A stretch of 64,000 bases of DNA from a virus. Below, piece after piece: positions 30,193-42,117 of this stretch. The stretch covers positions 27,077 through 91,076 of IMG/VR virus record IMGVR_UViG_3300008262_002626. One strand, written 5' to 3'. How positions within the stretch are numbered: the first letter of the stretch is position 1; every line of letters begins with the position of its first letter. The notes under the pieces are model-generated. The model made no database searches. It saw only the letters and a list, made by a program, of their open reading frames with translations, and had not been told where the DNA came from. Made by a program: the position numbers and the translations under genes.

Positions 30193-30655
30193 TCTTTGTC
30201 TCCTTGGTAAGTTCGCAAATCATTATAAATTTTTCAAAGGCCTTACGCACGACTGGATTAGTCAACAGATGTTCTGCTTCAGTCATCATAGCCTTAACTC
30301 CTGCTTCGGCAGCTTCTCTATATGAACAATATTCTAGTGCATATACTTCTTTTCCCATGGCCTTACTAAAGTTTTCCCAGGCAAGACGTTGCTCGTTTGT
30401 GAGTTGTTTACGATCACGTTCTGGAACACGAAGTTTACTAGTTTCCATAATATGTTTGCTGATAGCATCTTCGGCAACACGGCCGGCTGCAATCATAGCC
30501 ACATAGTTTGGATCAACATTGAACCTACGACTTGAGCCACCGGGGTAGACCATAACCAGATGGTTTCCTTTTGGAAAAGCATCGAGAAAGTCACTATCGT
30601 ATTCCTGTACAGGAACATAGCGTCGGCCTTTCTTTTCGTAATAAATTTTTTTCAT
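30173..30655 (-). CDS. hypothetical protein (start likely MKKIYY)
   Basis: coupled ORF. Confidence 0.6.
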   Translation of the reverse strand: MKKIYYEKKGRRYVPVQEYDSDFLDAFPKGNHLVMVYPGGSSRRFNVDPNYVAMIAAGRVAEDAISKHIMETSKLRVPERDRKQLTNEQRLAWENFSKAMGKEVYALEYCSYREAAEAGVKAMMTEAEHLLTNPVVRKAFEKFIMICELTKETKNASTSN

Positions 30656-30909
30656 TACAAACCTTTTGAACGTCTTTCTTCTATAGTCTGGCAATGGATG
30701 CAGAGTTGCACTCCTGGGATTGCCTTCTGTCGAGCTTCGGGTATATCTTCTCCACATTCAGCACATTCACTAAGACTTACAAACTTACGCTGTTCTGCAA
30801 GTTTTCTTTGAACATCGCCGATGGCGTTTAAGTGCATGTGGATACTTTGAAGTTGAGCCATTTCGGCTTCTTCTTCATTATTGTATTCAAAATCATTAAT
30901 ATCATTCAT
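30655..30909 (-). CDS. DksA/TraR C4 zinc-finger protein
   Basis: CAECGEDIPEARQKAIPGVQLCIHCQ. Confidence 0.9.
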   Translation of the reverse strand: MNDINDFEYNNEEEAEMAQLQSIHMHLNAIGDVQRKLAEQRKFVSLSECAECGEDIPEARQKAIPGVQLCIHCQTIEERRSKGL

Positions 30910-31270
30910 GCCTAATTATAGCACCTAGTGACATTTCAGTCAACCTGTGTACCATCCTCGCAGAACATATTCTGTCCACCGTTTGGGCGTTATGTGTGCT
31001 GTGATGACAACTTGATATCCGTATGAAATTGGATCTGCATTGATATGATAGGTCGGATCTTTAGAGTTAGCCATTACCCATTTGCCATGATCTGTTTGTT
31101 GCCATTCGTAGATTGGGTGGGCCATGTATATCTCTGGATCTTCTACATCGCCTAAAACAAATTTGTGAACAACTCGGCGTTCATATACGTGATCGTCATA
31201 TACTTGATACTTTTGGGTTTTCTTTGTTGTATCCATGCCTAGCTGTTTACTCACCTGTTCTCGTAGATTT

Positions 31271-31798
31271 TCATCCAGCCCAGGCCATCGTACCTTTGAA
31301 CTTATCGCCATTAAAAATTTCCTCTAACCAAGGTCTACACTTTTCCCATGTAGTGTATTCGTGTGCTAGGCCTCCAGCACTACGCCATTCTGAACAATTA
31401 CTGTGTCTATCATCAATTAGGATATCTCCTACTTCGCAATGGCGCCACTTATCGTGACTATACGGGCCAAAGAATACAGGAGTACCTTTGAAGTATTCAT
31501 CTGCCCACCACACCTTATCCTGCGAAGCCCAAGGCATAGAGTTGTCATGCGGTAGTGCTGTTAAAAAGAACAGACCTTCTGCTTGGCCTTCTTCTACTAA
31601 AGACTTGCAGTAATTGTAGAGTTCATAGGCACCTGGTTTCAAAGGTAGCTCGCGATAGAAACGGCTGTACTGTTTAATCTTGTTCCATTCGTGTTGTGGA
31701 ATACGTTCACCCTCTTTGTTCCAGCGGCGCTTGAGGAATATCTGTGCGGCCTCGTGCCAGTCTGCAACAACATCGTCCATATCTAAATAAATCTTCAT
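31271..31798 (-). CDS. 5'(3')-deoxyribonucleotidase (HAD)
   Basis: YLDMDDVVAD, DKVWW, LIDD. Confidence 0.85.
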   Translation of the reverse strand: MKIYLDMDDVVADWHEAAQIFLKRRWNKEGERIPQHEWNKIKQYSRFYRELPLKPGAYELYNYCKSLVEEGQAEGLFFLTALPHDNSMPWASQDKVWWADEYFKGTPVFFGPYSHDKWRHCEVGDILIDDRHSNCSEWRSAGGLAHEYTTWEKCRPWLEEIFNGDKFKGTMAWAG

Positions 31799-32041
31799 TC
31801 TTCTGCCTTTAACATATCAAACACTGTACCGTATTCTACTATAGGTTCCATGTGAAAGCCTGTACCCCATACTGCCCAGTACTTACGCTTATACACTTTC
31901 TTACCCCAGACATATCGACCACCGACTGTCTTAACTGGCCATAAAGCATAAACTTCGCGCCACGGATAGCAATCTGCTCCGTTAAATATTCGTTGCGTTA
32001 TTATCATAGGTGTAAATGTATCTTTGCCAAACTTTTCCATA

Positions 32042-32689
32042 CTACTTTGATAAATTATCTTTTAGAATTCTCTGTATCGTTTTTGCTGTTTCGATTTGAG
32101 AAAGAGGCCCCGGGTGCCGATCGTTTTTACATTCATCGATACAACTAATTCCATCTGTATAGAGATTGTCAATCGGTCCAATAAAGTCAGGCCTGTGTTC
32201 TGATAGCTCGTGTGGGAAAGCTGGGAAATGTATATATTTTAAATTTAAACTCTTAAGATATAAATCAGCATGGTGCATGTACAACCAACTCTTTATTATA
32301 CTGTCCACTGGTTCGACTCTAGATAACCATTCGGCAATGTATCCAGACCTTGCCGACATCCAAACTCCTAGTTGCCGGTAAGGTTTTATTTTTTTAGTAC
32401 CAGATATAAAATGCATGTCTCGATTAGGTAAACTCCACATAACGACTACAAAATCGTTAGGTTGAAAATCAAAATTTAATATATGATACAATATTTCAAT
32501 ATTACTTGATCCAGGTACGCCTTTGTTCACTGCTTCAACATTTAGCAATTTTCCTAATTCAAATGGCCAAGATTGTTTAGCAGGCTTTGAACTTATTTTA
32601 GTCGTGTTGTTACCGGTCTTACATCCTGGAAGACCCGACCCGTATGTAAATGAACAGCCAAAGGCAACAACTCTATTAATCATTTCCAA
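32042..32689 (-). CDS. SGNH-like hydrolase
   Basis: FGCSFTYG, GSSN, DRHPG. Confidence 0.6.
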   Translation of the reverse strand: MEMINRVVAFGCSFTYGSGLPGCKTGNNTTKISSKPAKQSWPFELGKLLNVEAVNKGVPGSSNIEILYHILNFDFQPNDFVVVMWSLPNRDMHFISGTKKIKPYRQLGVWMSARSGYIAEWLSRVEPVDSIIKSWLYMHHADLYLKSLNLKYIHFPAFPHELSEHRPDFIGPIDNLYTDGISCIDECKNDRHPGPLSQIETAKTIQRILKDNLSK

Positions 32690-34179
32690 TACTTTATTTT
32701 GAACAGCATAAACTTCTTTGGATTCTTTATAGTATAATCAGCCGTGTAATTTCCTGTGCCATCTATAGCCATGGCAAATCCATACTTTTCTTCTGCCCAA
32801 TAATGTATGCTAGGACGACTCATGCTGAAGTCTCCTTTATATTCTTCCATGTACTCTTGACGCATCCTACGGATAGCATCAAAGTATCTTTCACGTTCTG
32901 CTTTGTCCTGCATATCCCATGCTCGGTATTCGTAGACCATTCCCATTTAAAAATACTCGTCTGGTTCTGCAAAGTAATCCCAACCTTGACCGCCTAGAGC
33001 TTTCCACATATCCCATCTAGCTTCTTCATCTTTGCACTTCTGTGGCATCTGGTCACTGCCTACTACTGCTTCACATTGAGCACAAAAATAGTTCATACCG
33101 AATGTAGGTTCATCGTAATAGGCAACTCCGCCACAGGGCAGTACCATGTAATCAGTAAAATCTTTCATGACCACCTCATAACAAACCACATGGCTTTCTT
33201 TTCGTCATTAAAAGTTAATCCTTTGCTACCCGTAAAGGCTGTAACCCCATACTCCTGTTCAAGCCAGTCATAGATATTATCAATATCCTGTTCCCACTTT
33301 ATATGATCGTAAAAATAATCAATAAGTTTATCCCAGTACAGCTCTTTGTCTACTGTCATCCTAACCACCTCATCTTGAACCACATAGCATCTGTGTCTTC
33401 TTCAAATAACCAAACCAATCCTCGATTCCAAAATCTTCCTTTGACACGTTTGCTAACCCAAACGTCAACTTCTGTACTCTGTTCATGTGTCATAACCCAA
33501 GGTACAACAACTTGATGCCAACCGATTCCTACCAGCATACCTCTAAGCACTTCAGCATCAATTTCGTCTGCAAGGGCTTTGGCTTTTTCTTCCAGTATCT
33601 GTTCTTGTAGATCACCGGAACGATCGGTTAGTAACTTCTTTTTAAGCATTGTCTTCTTTCTTGCAACGTTTATTAATTTCATCCGACCAGCGTAGTATAA
33701 ACCACTCTCTGTGTGCTTCTTTCTTAAAAGACCACAGACGTTCTGTCATGCTCATGCCTACACCTTCTGCTTCAGCCCAGGCGATCATTTCTTCGTTTAG
33801 ATCTTCAGGCAATTCACCTTTGTCAAAGGCAATGCCTGGCAAACGAAAAGGGCCTACTTCACAGTTTTCCATTGCTGATAATCTCACTGAACTTCATTAA
33901 AAACATTGTACGCTTATTCTCACTGTAGAAATCTAAATGTATTTGGAATTGATAATAGCCAACATTTAGATCATCTCCGGCAGTATCGGGCTTGTCTATC
34001 CAAGCCTTGTGTTCACGCACAGTAAAACCCAAGACACGTTTCATCTTGTCTCGGATCATAAACACAGTCTTAGGATACTCTTCGTGTAGTTCTTTACGAA
34101 TAGCCTTCCACTGTTCAACGCTTAGTATTACGGGCTTCATTAGCAATGGCTTGATAGCCCTGGTAAGTTGGATGGACAC
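32680..34179 (-). CDS. run of short ORFs, most with a C-terminal F..E.xx.WF.LRW motif
   Basis: ORFs at 32680, 33165, 33356, 33642 and 33859 share the motif. Confidence 0.65.
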
Positions 34180-34540
34180 CGTCTTTGCTCAGAGGGTGTT
34201 GGCGGCTGTCAATAACTATGTCACCATACTTGTCGGCTACCTTACGAACATCACTGCGTTTATTATCTTTGATCGCAGGCAAGATCCAGTAGACACGATC
34301 AGCACGTACTAGATGACGTAGTGTATCCAGTTCTTCATAGGTTTTGATTCTAGCCGTGTCGTTAGAACCCAAACTGATAATCACAGTCTTGGCTTCTTTG
34401 TTATTTGATCCTGTGTGCATGACGTGTCTATTGACATAGTCATAACTGTTAATACCGCTCTTGGCATAGGTTACACATTCTTTGCTTACCTGTCCTACAC
34501 CTACTGCTAGGCTATCGCCCATGATTAAACATTCTAACAT
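34115..34540 (-). CDS. SGNH/GDSL hydrolase
   Basis: GDSL, LGSND, DGVHP. Confidence 0.8.
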   Translation of the reverse strand: MLECLIMGDSLAVGVGQVSKECVTYAKSGINSYDYVNRHVMHTGSNNKEAKTVIISLGSNDTARIKTYEELDTLRHLVRADRVYWILPAIKDNKRSDVRKVADKYGDIVIDSRQHPLSKDGVHPTYQGYQAIANEARNTKR

Positions 34541-34814
34541 TATTATTCCTCGTAAATTTCCCAACATCCGCGATCGTAGTTCCAATGCCTGGTGTCGTGG
34601 ATGACCAAAGTAAAACACCATGTAAACAACCCAAACTCAAATCTAAGGCCTGCATGATCCTGTCTATGTGTTAGTTCAAACACGAACTCTGCTAGTACAT
34701 TACTACGATATACTTGGCACTCCCAGGCCTTGTGTTTGGTTAATTTATTACCCCAACACCAACCAGCATCAAATAAGGTACTCCAGGGATTAGTAATACT
34801 GAATCTAAAGTTAA

Positions 34815-35180
34815 TCATGTCAACATCCAAACAATAAACAAGTAGGTAAAATAGTGTGCCATTTGATCTAGGCCCAGGTGATTCCAAAAAGCAGGCGTAG
34901 TAATATCTCTATTACCCCAGTTCATCTTGGCCCAGTCAATGTGATAGTGTAAAATGAAATCTATAATACCAGCTGTGATACTAAACCATAGGACCACATC
35001 TGCGGTGGCCAGCATCAGTAGCGTACCTATGCCATGTTTAAGGCTGTGCTTGATGCCCAGCCATCGACCATACTGTCCTTTGTTGTCTACTTCTTCTTGG
35101 GTTTGATCAACAAAGTCTATGTACCAATGTTTGATAAACAGCAGGCCCAGTAAGATGAATATTGCGCTAGAGTAATCCAT
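34815..35180 (-). CDS. DUF3307-like membrane protein
   Basis: KHWYIDF, HSLKH, HYHIDWAK, DQMAH. Confidence 0.75.
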   Translation of the reverse strand: MDYSSAIFILLGLLFIKHWYIDFVDQTQEEVDNKGQYGRWLGIKHSLKHGIGTLLMLATADVVLWFSITAGIIDFILHYHIDWAKMNWGNRDITTPAFWNHLGLDQMAHYFTYLFIVWMLT

Positions 35181-37227
35181 TTCTTATCCTATGAAGGTAT
35201 TCTCGTTTGAGCCAATACTTGTAGCGTTGGAAGTATTCTTTCTGGGTATAGGGCAGTTCGCCGTAGAGTCTATGTTCCTCGACGTTGTCGTACCAAATTT
35301 CCTGCACCCAACTACGGAAAGATTTTCTACTGATTCCCACACCTGCTCCCTGTAGAGTTTACGATATTATCTTGTATTTTATTACAATTAGTTAGATCTG
35401 TCAATGGTCTTGACTATAAGCTCAGTCCAATAGAGTTCGAATAGCATGGCTCGTTTGGGCACCCGTATGTTCATAACCCAAACATTATCCTGGGCACCGC
35501 CTTCATAGATAAACCAATCTTTGTACTTTTCTCCCAAGTTTTGAGCGGACCACTTGTAGAGTTCGTGCTTGTGTGTTTTCTTGATGTGATAACACCTAAA
35601 TGGACGTAGATACTCTGTGACCATGCGTCCAAAGTCCGGATCTGATTCACCGGGCATTTTTACTGTGCCGCCACTGTCAAGGACTTGATTGTACTTGTTC
35701 AGATTCTGCATCGTTGTCGTGCTCCACAAACTTTTCAATTAGGTCAAAGTTTGCTTCAGCTCGTTGTATAGCTTCCCAGGCCCGTTGTAGTGCTGGATTG
35801 TTTCGTATCAATGATTGACGCTGTGCTTGTCGGTCACGTTCCTGTCTAGCCCAATCTAACAGCATCTGTGCTTCGCTATTTAGATCTACAGTAGCATAGT
35901 TCATGGCCAACTGCATCCAGTTGTTACCATCAAACACTTCCATATTTTGACTGGTAGTGTTGAACCGTATCTGCCCTACATTTAGAGCACCTGGAAAGTG
36001 ATTTACATAGTTACTGGAGGGCTGTCCGTTTTGTACATTTAGGTAGCGGCCACCGGATATTCCTTTGATCATATTATTTCCTTGACATTTCTAACAGCAG
36101 TTGATAGTTACGCCAAGCTCGCTCCACACTGGGATTATTCTTGCGTACCACTTCATCTGCGACCATTTGATTGACCACTTGTACAGCGTAGTCGTGCTGT
36201 CGACTCATTTTAGTCCAGTATCGATCCTGTTCTACTAGAGTCTGGAACTCACGCTGAGGTATCAGCATTTCTACATAGCGTAGACGCACATGGTCTACCA
36301 AGCTCATGCTGGCAGTGACATTGGTCCAATCGTGCAGTCTAGGCACCTGGGGTTCCATATATTCCTTATGGGGGTGCAGGCTGGCCTGGGCACGGTATTT
36401 CTTTAGAAAATCATCTACATCTTGCATATTAACTATTCCACCTTAGAACAAACCAATCACGATCTTTACAATCTCGGAACCAAAACTTACGATTATTCAT
36501 ATACCAACGTTCACTGGGCGAGGGTGCAGTCTTGTCACCCCACATGTTGTGGCCACTAGAGCCAAATGTAGTCAAACACCAGGCCTGCATGTCAACCCAC
36601 GAGCCACCCACGGGCTCTACACAGTAGTAGCGAGCACCGTAGACACGACCTTCAGTGAGTATCAGAGCTTCCAGGGGCTGACTGTTTAGATCCTGCATGA
36701 GTCGTTCGATAGCCTGGGCTGTGAACTGGCTCTTGCCCTGACCACGCCCTGTGATCTGTATCAAGCCCCGACCAATATAAACAGGCTCACTCACGGGGCA
36801 CCTCAAACAGCAGGGTCTGATCATAGATCTCCAATAGATCCTGATCAGTTAGGTCAGCCAGTTCATCCTCAGTGATGCTGAAACGCTCAATCAGCTCTTC
36901 GGGATCAAAGGCAAACAAGATATACTCTATGATCAGTTCACGTAGGGTCAGCATGTTATTCCTTGACTATCAATTTGAACAGACCCTGCTTGGCCCTGGG
37001 TTGCCAATACTGAGCAGTGGGTCCACAGTCACGTTCACGGATCCTATAGCTGGCGCAGTTTTCATAGCCCCCGGGTATGTGCTTGACGCCTATCACAGGG
37101 TCCTCTACAGAGTGTGCTTCACGATAGCTGAGCCTACACTGTCGGCTGTAGGGCGAATTGAATCCGTGTGCTAACACTAGACTGACAGTTCTAAAACTAT
37201 GGCGACAGTCCTTGCAGGTATATTGGC

Positions 37228-37581
37228 TCATACGGTCTCCTTGACATGTTTGCACGAGCCTCTAAAGGTAAATCCCGGACAGGTACAGCTGGGGTTTTTG
37301 CCCAGGGTTACTGTATAGTCCTGGCCTTTTGAACCCTGAACAATACGAGTAACAGTTTTAATAACACCCTCGCTGTACTCGTAGGCAACACCATCAATTT
37401 CACGGATGTTACGACGCTGTATGATACGGAGTCCCACTTGATCATTAGTCCGGATAGCCAGTTGGTCTGCGCCGGCCCATTTTACCTGAGTTTCTAGACC
37501 TTCATAGTAATGGAATTCGGGCACAGTAAAGAAGTATGCATCCCGGCGATCATACTGTGTATTATATACTTTGAGTCGCAT
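37228..37581 (-). CDS. SWIM zinc-finger protein
   Basis: CTCPGF...CKH. Confidence 0.8.
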   Translation of the reverse strand: MRLKVYNTQYDRRDAYFFTVPEFHYYEGLETQVKWAGADQLAIRTNDQVGLRIIQRRNIREIDGVAYEYSEGVIKTVTRIVQGSKGQDYTVTLGKNPSCTCPGFTFRGSCKHVKETV

Positions 37582-37649
37582 ATAGACCTTTCTCTGAGTT
37601 CGATGTAATACACTGAGTATAGCACCTAAACAGATGCTTGTCAACTCAA

Positions 37650-38219
37650 CTAGTTCAAACTGTAGGTAAAGACCACTACACGGCGTGTTTGGCTGTCTGG
37701 GGGCAGTCTATGAGTGTGTTCATCTCCCCCAAAGGTCAGGGCCCAATCTTTGCGGCAGGGCCATTCATTGACTATCCGGCCTTCAAGGTCAAAGCTGACT
37801 GTTTCGGCTCCGGGCACATCATCCAAATACCACAGCCAATTACAGTGTGGCCAACGATGATCAGTATGGGGCATGACATACAGAGCCCCGGGCACCGCAT
37901 GATGCACCTGATTGACTGCGGCACGATAGACCCTAGCAGGCTCAATGCCCTGCTCTGCTAACCAAGCAATAAAATGATCATAAAAGAACTGATAGTAGGG
38001 GCTGTTTATGATACCTTCCCGACCTTCCTGTTCACTGGGCAACATTAGGGTATGCGACCAAAAGGGCACGTTAGCCAAGGGCTGTCCACGATAGCAGTCA
38101 CGAGGCACATGATTGATCTGATGTGTGTAGTAGTACCAGGGAAACCTAAAGTTCAGTATCTGTTCATCTAGATATTGTCTAGCAGAATCAGTGATGTTTA
38201 GGGGAGCATAGATGTTCAT
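37650..38219 (-). CDS. 2OG-Fe(II) oxygenase-like protein
   Basis: PHTD...H...R facial-triad pattern. Confidence 0.6.
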   Translation of the reverse strand: MNIYAPLNITDSARQYLDEQILNFRFPWYYYTHQINHVPRDCYRGQPLANVPFWSHTLMLPSEQEGREGIINSPYYQFFYDHFIAWLAEQGIEPARVYRAAVNQVHHAVPGALYVMPHTDHRWPHCNWLWYLDDVPGAETVSFDLEGRIVNEWPCRKDWALTFGGDEHTHRLPPDSQTRRVVVFTYSLN

Positions 38220-38640
38220 ACTAGTAATTTATCCCCTGTAGGATAACTGTAACCAAGAAGCGGCTAGAGCCCAAACATGCTCGGAGAGCGGCGCGATAGT
38301 CCAACAGTCCGCGAAGCGGTCAGCGAAAAATTTTGAGCATCTAGCAAGCCAAAACCACTCGCCTAGTCCAAGGACCTACCCCTCGGACTAGACTCTGGGC
38401 TGATGATTAACTGACAGTTAAATCACAAGAACTGGACCAGTAAATATATGACCATGATTGAGTATGCACGTTGCATTTATCTTGCTTGGGCTAGACTGCA
38501 CACAGCCGAGTATATCGAGACACACGAACAGGAAGTTCTAGATCTGATCAGCAGAGCTTTGGGCTATACACAACAAGAGCTACGAGCTAGACTCTGTAAC
38601 GAAACATGGTATCTACACTAGTAAACGGCAAGACCCAACA

Positions 38641-38868
38641 ATGACACCTCAGCAGGCTGAACAGTATATACTAGAGCAATTACAACTAATGGCTCAAGAC
38701 CAGTATCCCAATAACAAAGACCTACAGAATCAGTTTAAAATTGGTTTCCTAACGGGTAATCTCGCATCAGCATTCCTGCATGACAATTACACATACTACC
38801 GTTTCAAAGAACGTGTAAGTCAATTGGGCTACAAGTATCCACGTAGTAACACACTGAACAAACGCTAA
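38641..38868 (+). CDS. hypothetical protein
   Basis: ORF in an otherwise low-coding region. Confidence 0.5.
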   Translation: MTPQQAEQYILEQLQLMAQDQYPNNKDLQNQFKIGFLTGNLASAFLHDNYTYYRFKERVSQLGYKYPRSNTLNKR

Positions 38869-39039
38869 CACACTACTGCATCGTAATATTCTATACTTAC
38901 TAGAGTGAGTTATACTAGTTCTATAGTTATGGGCGGAACCTTGTTTAATAGCTAGACTATACTAGACGTATATACTAGTGAACAAGAGATATCGAGCAAG
39001 CTCGCTATGGGCTTACGCCCGTTAAACACTCAAACATAC

Positions 39040-39622
39040 AGGCCCCGCTGTAGCTTTATACGTACCAATCGTTGTGAGGATGCGCTCGTAGATCACTGTC
39101 TATGAGCAGAGCCCAAGTGACTAGATGTTCTGGAATATAGAAGTAGTTAACAGGATTAACAGGGCCTGCAGAGAACCATCCTTGATCCTTGAGCAACTGC
39201 CAAAGCTGTTGCTGTGTGTCAGGATCTGCCCAAGATGAATAACAGTAGACTCGCATTGAGTATTTACTGCTGACTGCAATATGGGCTATAGGCCCCGCTG
39301 TACGGCCTAGTGTATATAAGCTAGACTAGCATAGGCCCCGCTGTAAGGTCTGCTATAGCGAGTAACCATTTTAACTATGCCCATTTCGACCACCTGTCAA
39401 GAATTTTTTGACCCTATGCCGGCACCATGGCCGCCACGATTCTGACGCAAAATCTAGGATTGGCCACACAATTCCACACAATTCTACACTTTTCTGCACT
39501 TTTCCTATCCTGGCACCACCGTTTGCGGCACCTATACGCAGGCACTAGTGATCTAGATCACACAATTCTGCATTCTAGATCAGGTTTACACAAACTTGTT
39601 GTATAATAGTCAATCTAGATCA
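39040..39622. repeat. cluster of short direct repeats
   Basis: AGGCCCCGCTGTA x3 (39040, 39290, 39333); 10-bp CCACACAATT-like x4 (39464-39503); TCTAGATCA x3. Confidence 0.85.
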
Positions 39623-40115
39623 GGGTTATGTAACGCATTATATACAAGCAGGGGCGGTAGGGAGCCTAGATAGTATAGTATTAAGGGGCTGGCCTAACCG
39701 TTAAATACTTGATGATCAACTATAAGATGGTTCCCCTAGCACACGTAAGAGTACGGGATCATGACTATGCTGTATATATTAGTCTATGTCTACACACCCG
39801 TTCAATGCACATATTCAAGTATAATGATCTTTGCTGTGAATATGATGTATTTGATGTGCAGGAGGAGGCCACACGATTTATAGAACAACCATTGCCCAAG
39901 CCCAGAGCCCGATCTAAATAAGAACGATTCGCACGTAAGAACTGTTCTTATCTAAGTTAATAACCCTTGTGTCAACCAGGGTATTTTTTTCTGTGGCTTT
40001 TATGCCACGGGCGAGTGCGGTGTTTGTGGCTCAAAAACAACACTTTTCTAGGCGGATTTTGGTTGACAGTTTGGCTGGGGTCTGCTATACTATAGTCATA
40101 GTGAAGGAGCGAACA

Positions 40116-40439
40116 ATGGCAAGAACCCGTAAAATCCGTTCAGACTGTAATTACATCATCTACGAAGCGGTGGACGAGCATGGTGAGAACTACATTGGGC
40201 TCACACGAAAAGCCACTACCGTAGTCCGTTCAGTCAAAGAGCGGTGGCGTAAGCATCTGTCCAGAGCTCGTAACGAGAATCGCGAGTGGGTACTATATCA
40301 GTATCTAAAGGCGGGTGCCCTGGACTTCCACTGGGAACATAGAGTCCTGGAGATCGTCCGAGGACGCAAGGCGGCCTATGCTCGTGAGCGTGAGATCGTT
40401 AAGATCCAAAAGCCCACACTCAACGATCAGTATCTCTAA
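40116..40439 (+). CDS. GIY-YIG nuclease-like protein
   Basis: IIY...YIGLT...RW.KH...E; RBS GGAGCGA. Confidence 0.7.
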   Translation: MARTRKIRSDCNYIIYEAVDEHGENYIGLTRKATTVVRSVKERWRKHLSRARNENREWVLYQYLKAGALDFHWEHRVLEIVRGRKAAYAREREIVKIQKPTLNDQYL

Positions 40440-40506
40440 GGATTGGTTGACAGCTGGTCCTTAGAGTGCTATACTATAGGCTACAGTAAACGATTAGGAG
40501 CGAACT

Positions 40507-41229
40507 ATGAAACTGTTATCTACAGCCAACCCAAAGATCCAAAAGGGCACCAAGCTCGGCTATTTGAGCTTTATCCTGCATCTTGCACCTGCCCAACTCA
40601 GCGGTAAGGAGACTTGCCCTAAGCGAACCGCAGGCTGTACTGAGGCTTGCCTTAATACCGCAGGCAGAGGGGGCATGTTCCGCAAGGGCGAAAACACCAA
40701 CGTGATCCAGCAGGCTCGTATCCGCAAGACCAAGATGTTCTTTGAAGATCGCGATACCTTTATGGAGTACTTGGAGCAGGACATCAACCTGGGCATCAAG
40801 CAGGCAGCTCGCTTGGGCTTGAAGCCCGTGTTCCGCTTGAATGGTACTTCAGACCTTGCTTGGGAGAAGTATAAGCTCAAAGGTTCGGACATGAACGTCT
40901 TTGAAATGTTCAACGACATTCAGTTCTACGACTATACTAAGGTCCTGGGGCGCAAGGTTAAGGATATCCCCAACTACCACTTGACATTCAGCGCCGCAGA
41001 CGGCAACGAATCAGACGTACAAAAGGCAGTGAGTGCAGGTATGAACGTGGCTGTGGTGTTTGATCGCCTGCCCGAAACTTACCTGGGCCGTGAGGTTATT
41101 AATGCAGACGACACTGATCTCCGCTTTTTGGACCCTAAGGGTACTATCGCAGGGCTTAAGGCCAAGGGTCGTGCTAAAAAGGACACCACTGGCTTCGTGC
41201 GCAGGGTGATTGACATCCAGGCAGTTTGA
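40507..41229 (+). CDS. Gp88-family Cys-cluster protein
   Basis: CP..TAGC...CL, RLNGTSD, FYDYTK, NYHLTFS. Confidence 0.7.
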   Translation: MKLLSTANPKIQKGTKLGYLSFILHLAPAQLSGKETCPKRTAGCTEACLNTAGRGGMFRKGENTNVIQQARIRKTKMFFEDRDTFMEYLEQDINLGIKQAARLGLKPVFRLNGTSDLAWEKYKLKGSDMNVFEMFNDIQFYDYTKVLGRKVKDIPNYHLTFSAADGNESDVQKAVSAGMNVAVVFDRLPETYLGREVINADDTDLRFLDPKGTIAGLKAKGRAKKDTTGFVRRVIDIQAV

Positions 41230-41268
41230 GCTTATACTATAGGCTAAGTTAACAAAAAGGAGCGAAGT

Positions 41269-41547
41269 ATGGACATCAAAGCAATCAACACCGCAATCAT
41301 TTCGGGTAACTTTACCGCTACAGAACTGGACAGCCTGCAGGATGCTATCAAGTTCGCCCGTAGCAAGACTGCTCGTACCAATGCCTTTACTTTCAAGGCT
41401 GGTAGCAAGGCCAAACTGACCCACGATAAGCTGGGTGGCACTGTGGTTGTCACGGTAGGTAAGATCAAGATCAAGAAGGCAGATGTGGTAGTAGATAAAA
41501 CGGGTGCTCGTTACTCCGTCCCACTGTCCATGCTGGAGGCTGTATAA
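41269..41547 (+). CDS. early hypothetical protein
   Basis: own promoter and GGAGCGA RBS. Confidence 0.75.
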   Translation: MDIKAINTAIISGNFTATELDSLQDAIKFARSKTARTNAFTFKAGSKAKLTHDKLGGTVVVTVGKIKIKKADVVVDKTGARYSVPLSMLEAV

Positions 41548-41774
41548 TGAAGACCATACAAGAAATCTTTCCGGGCATTATGATCTACGATACTGAGCCA
41601 GTGGCTGTAGAGAACCCGTTCAGTGGGGAGAGCTATACCCTAAGCCCTGAAGAAGTGGCGGTCTACGACTACCTCAAAGGGTGCGAACTCATTGGTGACT
41701 ATGCAGGTGTCCGCAAGGCCCTGGACTGGTTCATGGATAACAATGCAGAAGCCTACATGGCTCTGCTGGACTAA
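41547..41774 (+). CDS. early hypothetical protein
   Basis: coupled ORF. Confidence 0.7.
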   Translation: MKTIQEIFPGIMIYDTEPVAVENPFSGESYTLSPEEVAVYDYLKGCELIGDYAGVRKALDWFMDNNAEAYMALLD

Positions 41775-41783
41775 GGAGCAGAT

Positions 41784-41985
41784 ATGTACACGGTTATCGT
41801 TTATAAGGTAGACAAGCGGACAGCATACCGTCAAGCATACATGGCGGGCGGCACATGGATTCCGCTATGAGATCCACGAAACTATGGTCACCCGTAAGAA
41901 CCTAATGGGTGGTGCTGAGTATCAGGAGCGGTTCGATACGCCCAGGTACTGTAGCCCTAGTTCAGAAGCCTACTGGTCAATGTAG
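41784..41985 (+). pseudogene. frameshifted small early gene
   Basis: SD plus ATG frame stops after 28 aa; an overlapping frame continues to YCSPSSEAYWSM*. Confidence 0.55.
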
Positions 41986-42117
41986 TACCAAGGCCCCCAT
42001 CGCCTGGACCCTCTCCATAGGACTTGGGTTCTGCAACCGGGGGCCTTCCTTTTAATCACCCGCCAAAACCGACAGGCACCCTCGACGTCCACCCCCTTTA
42101 AGTTCGAACATGTGTAT

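Noticed and set aside
39947-39976. Reverse-strand TTGACA as a promoter
   Set aside because: No acceptable -10 at 16-18 bp spacing.
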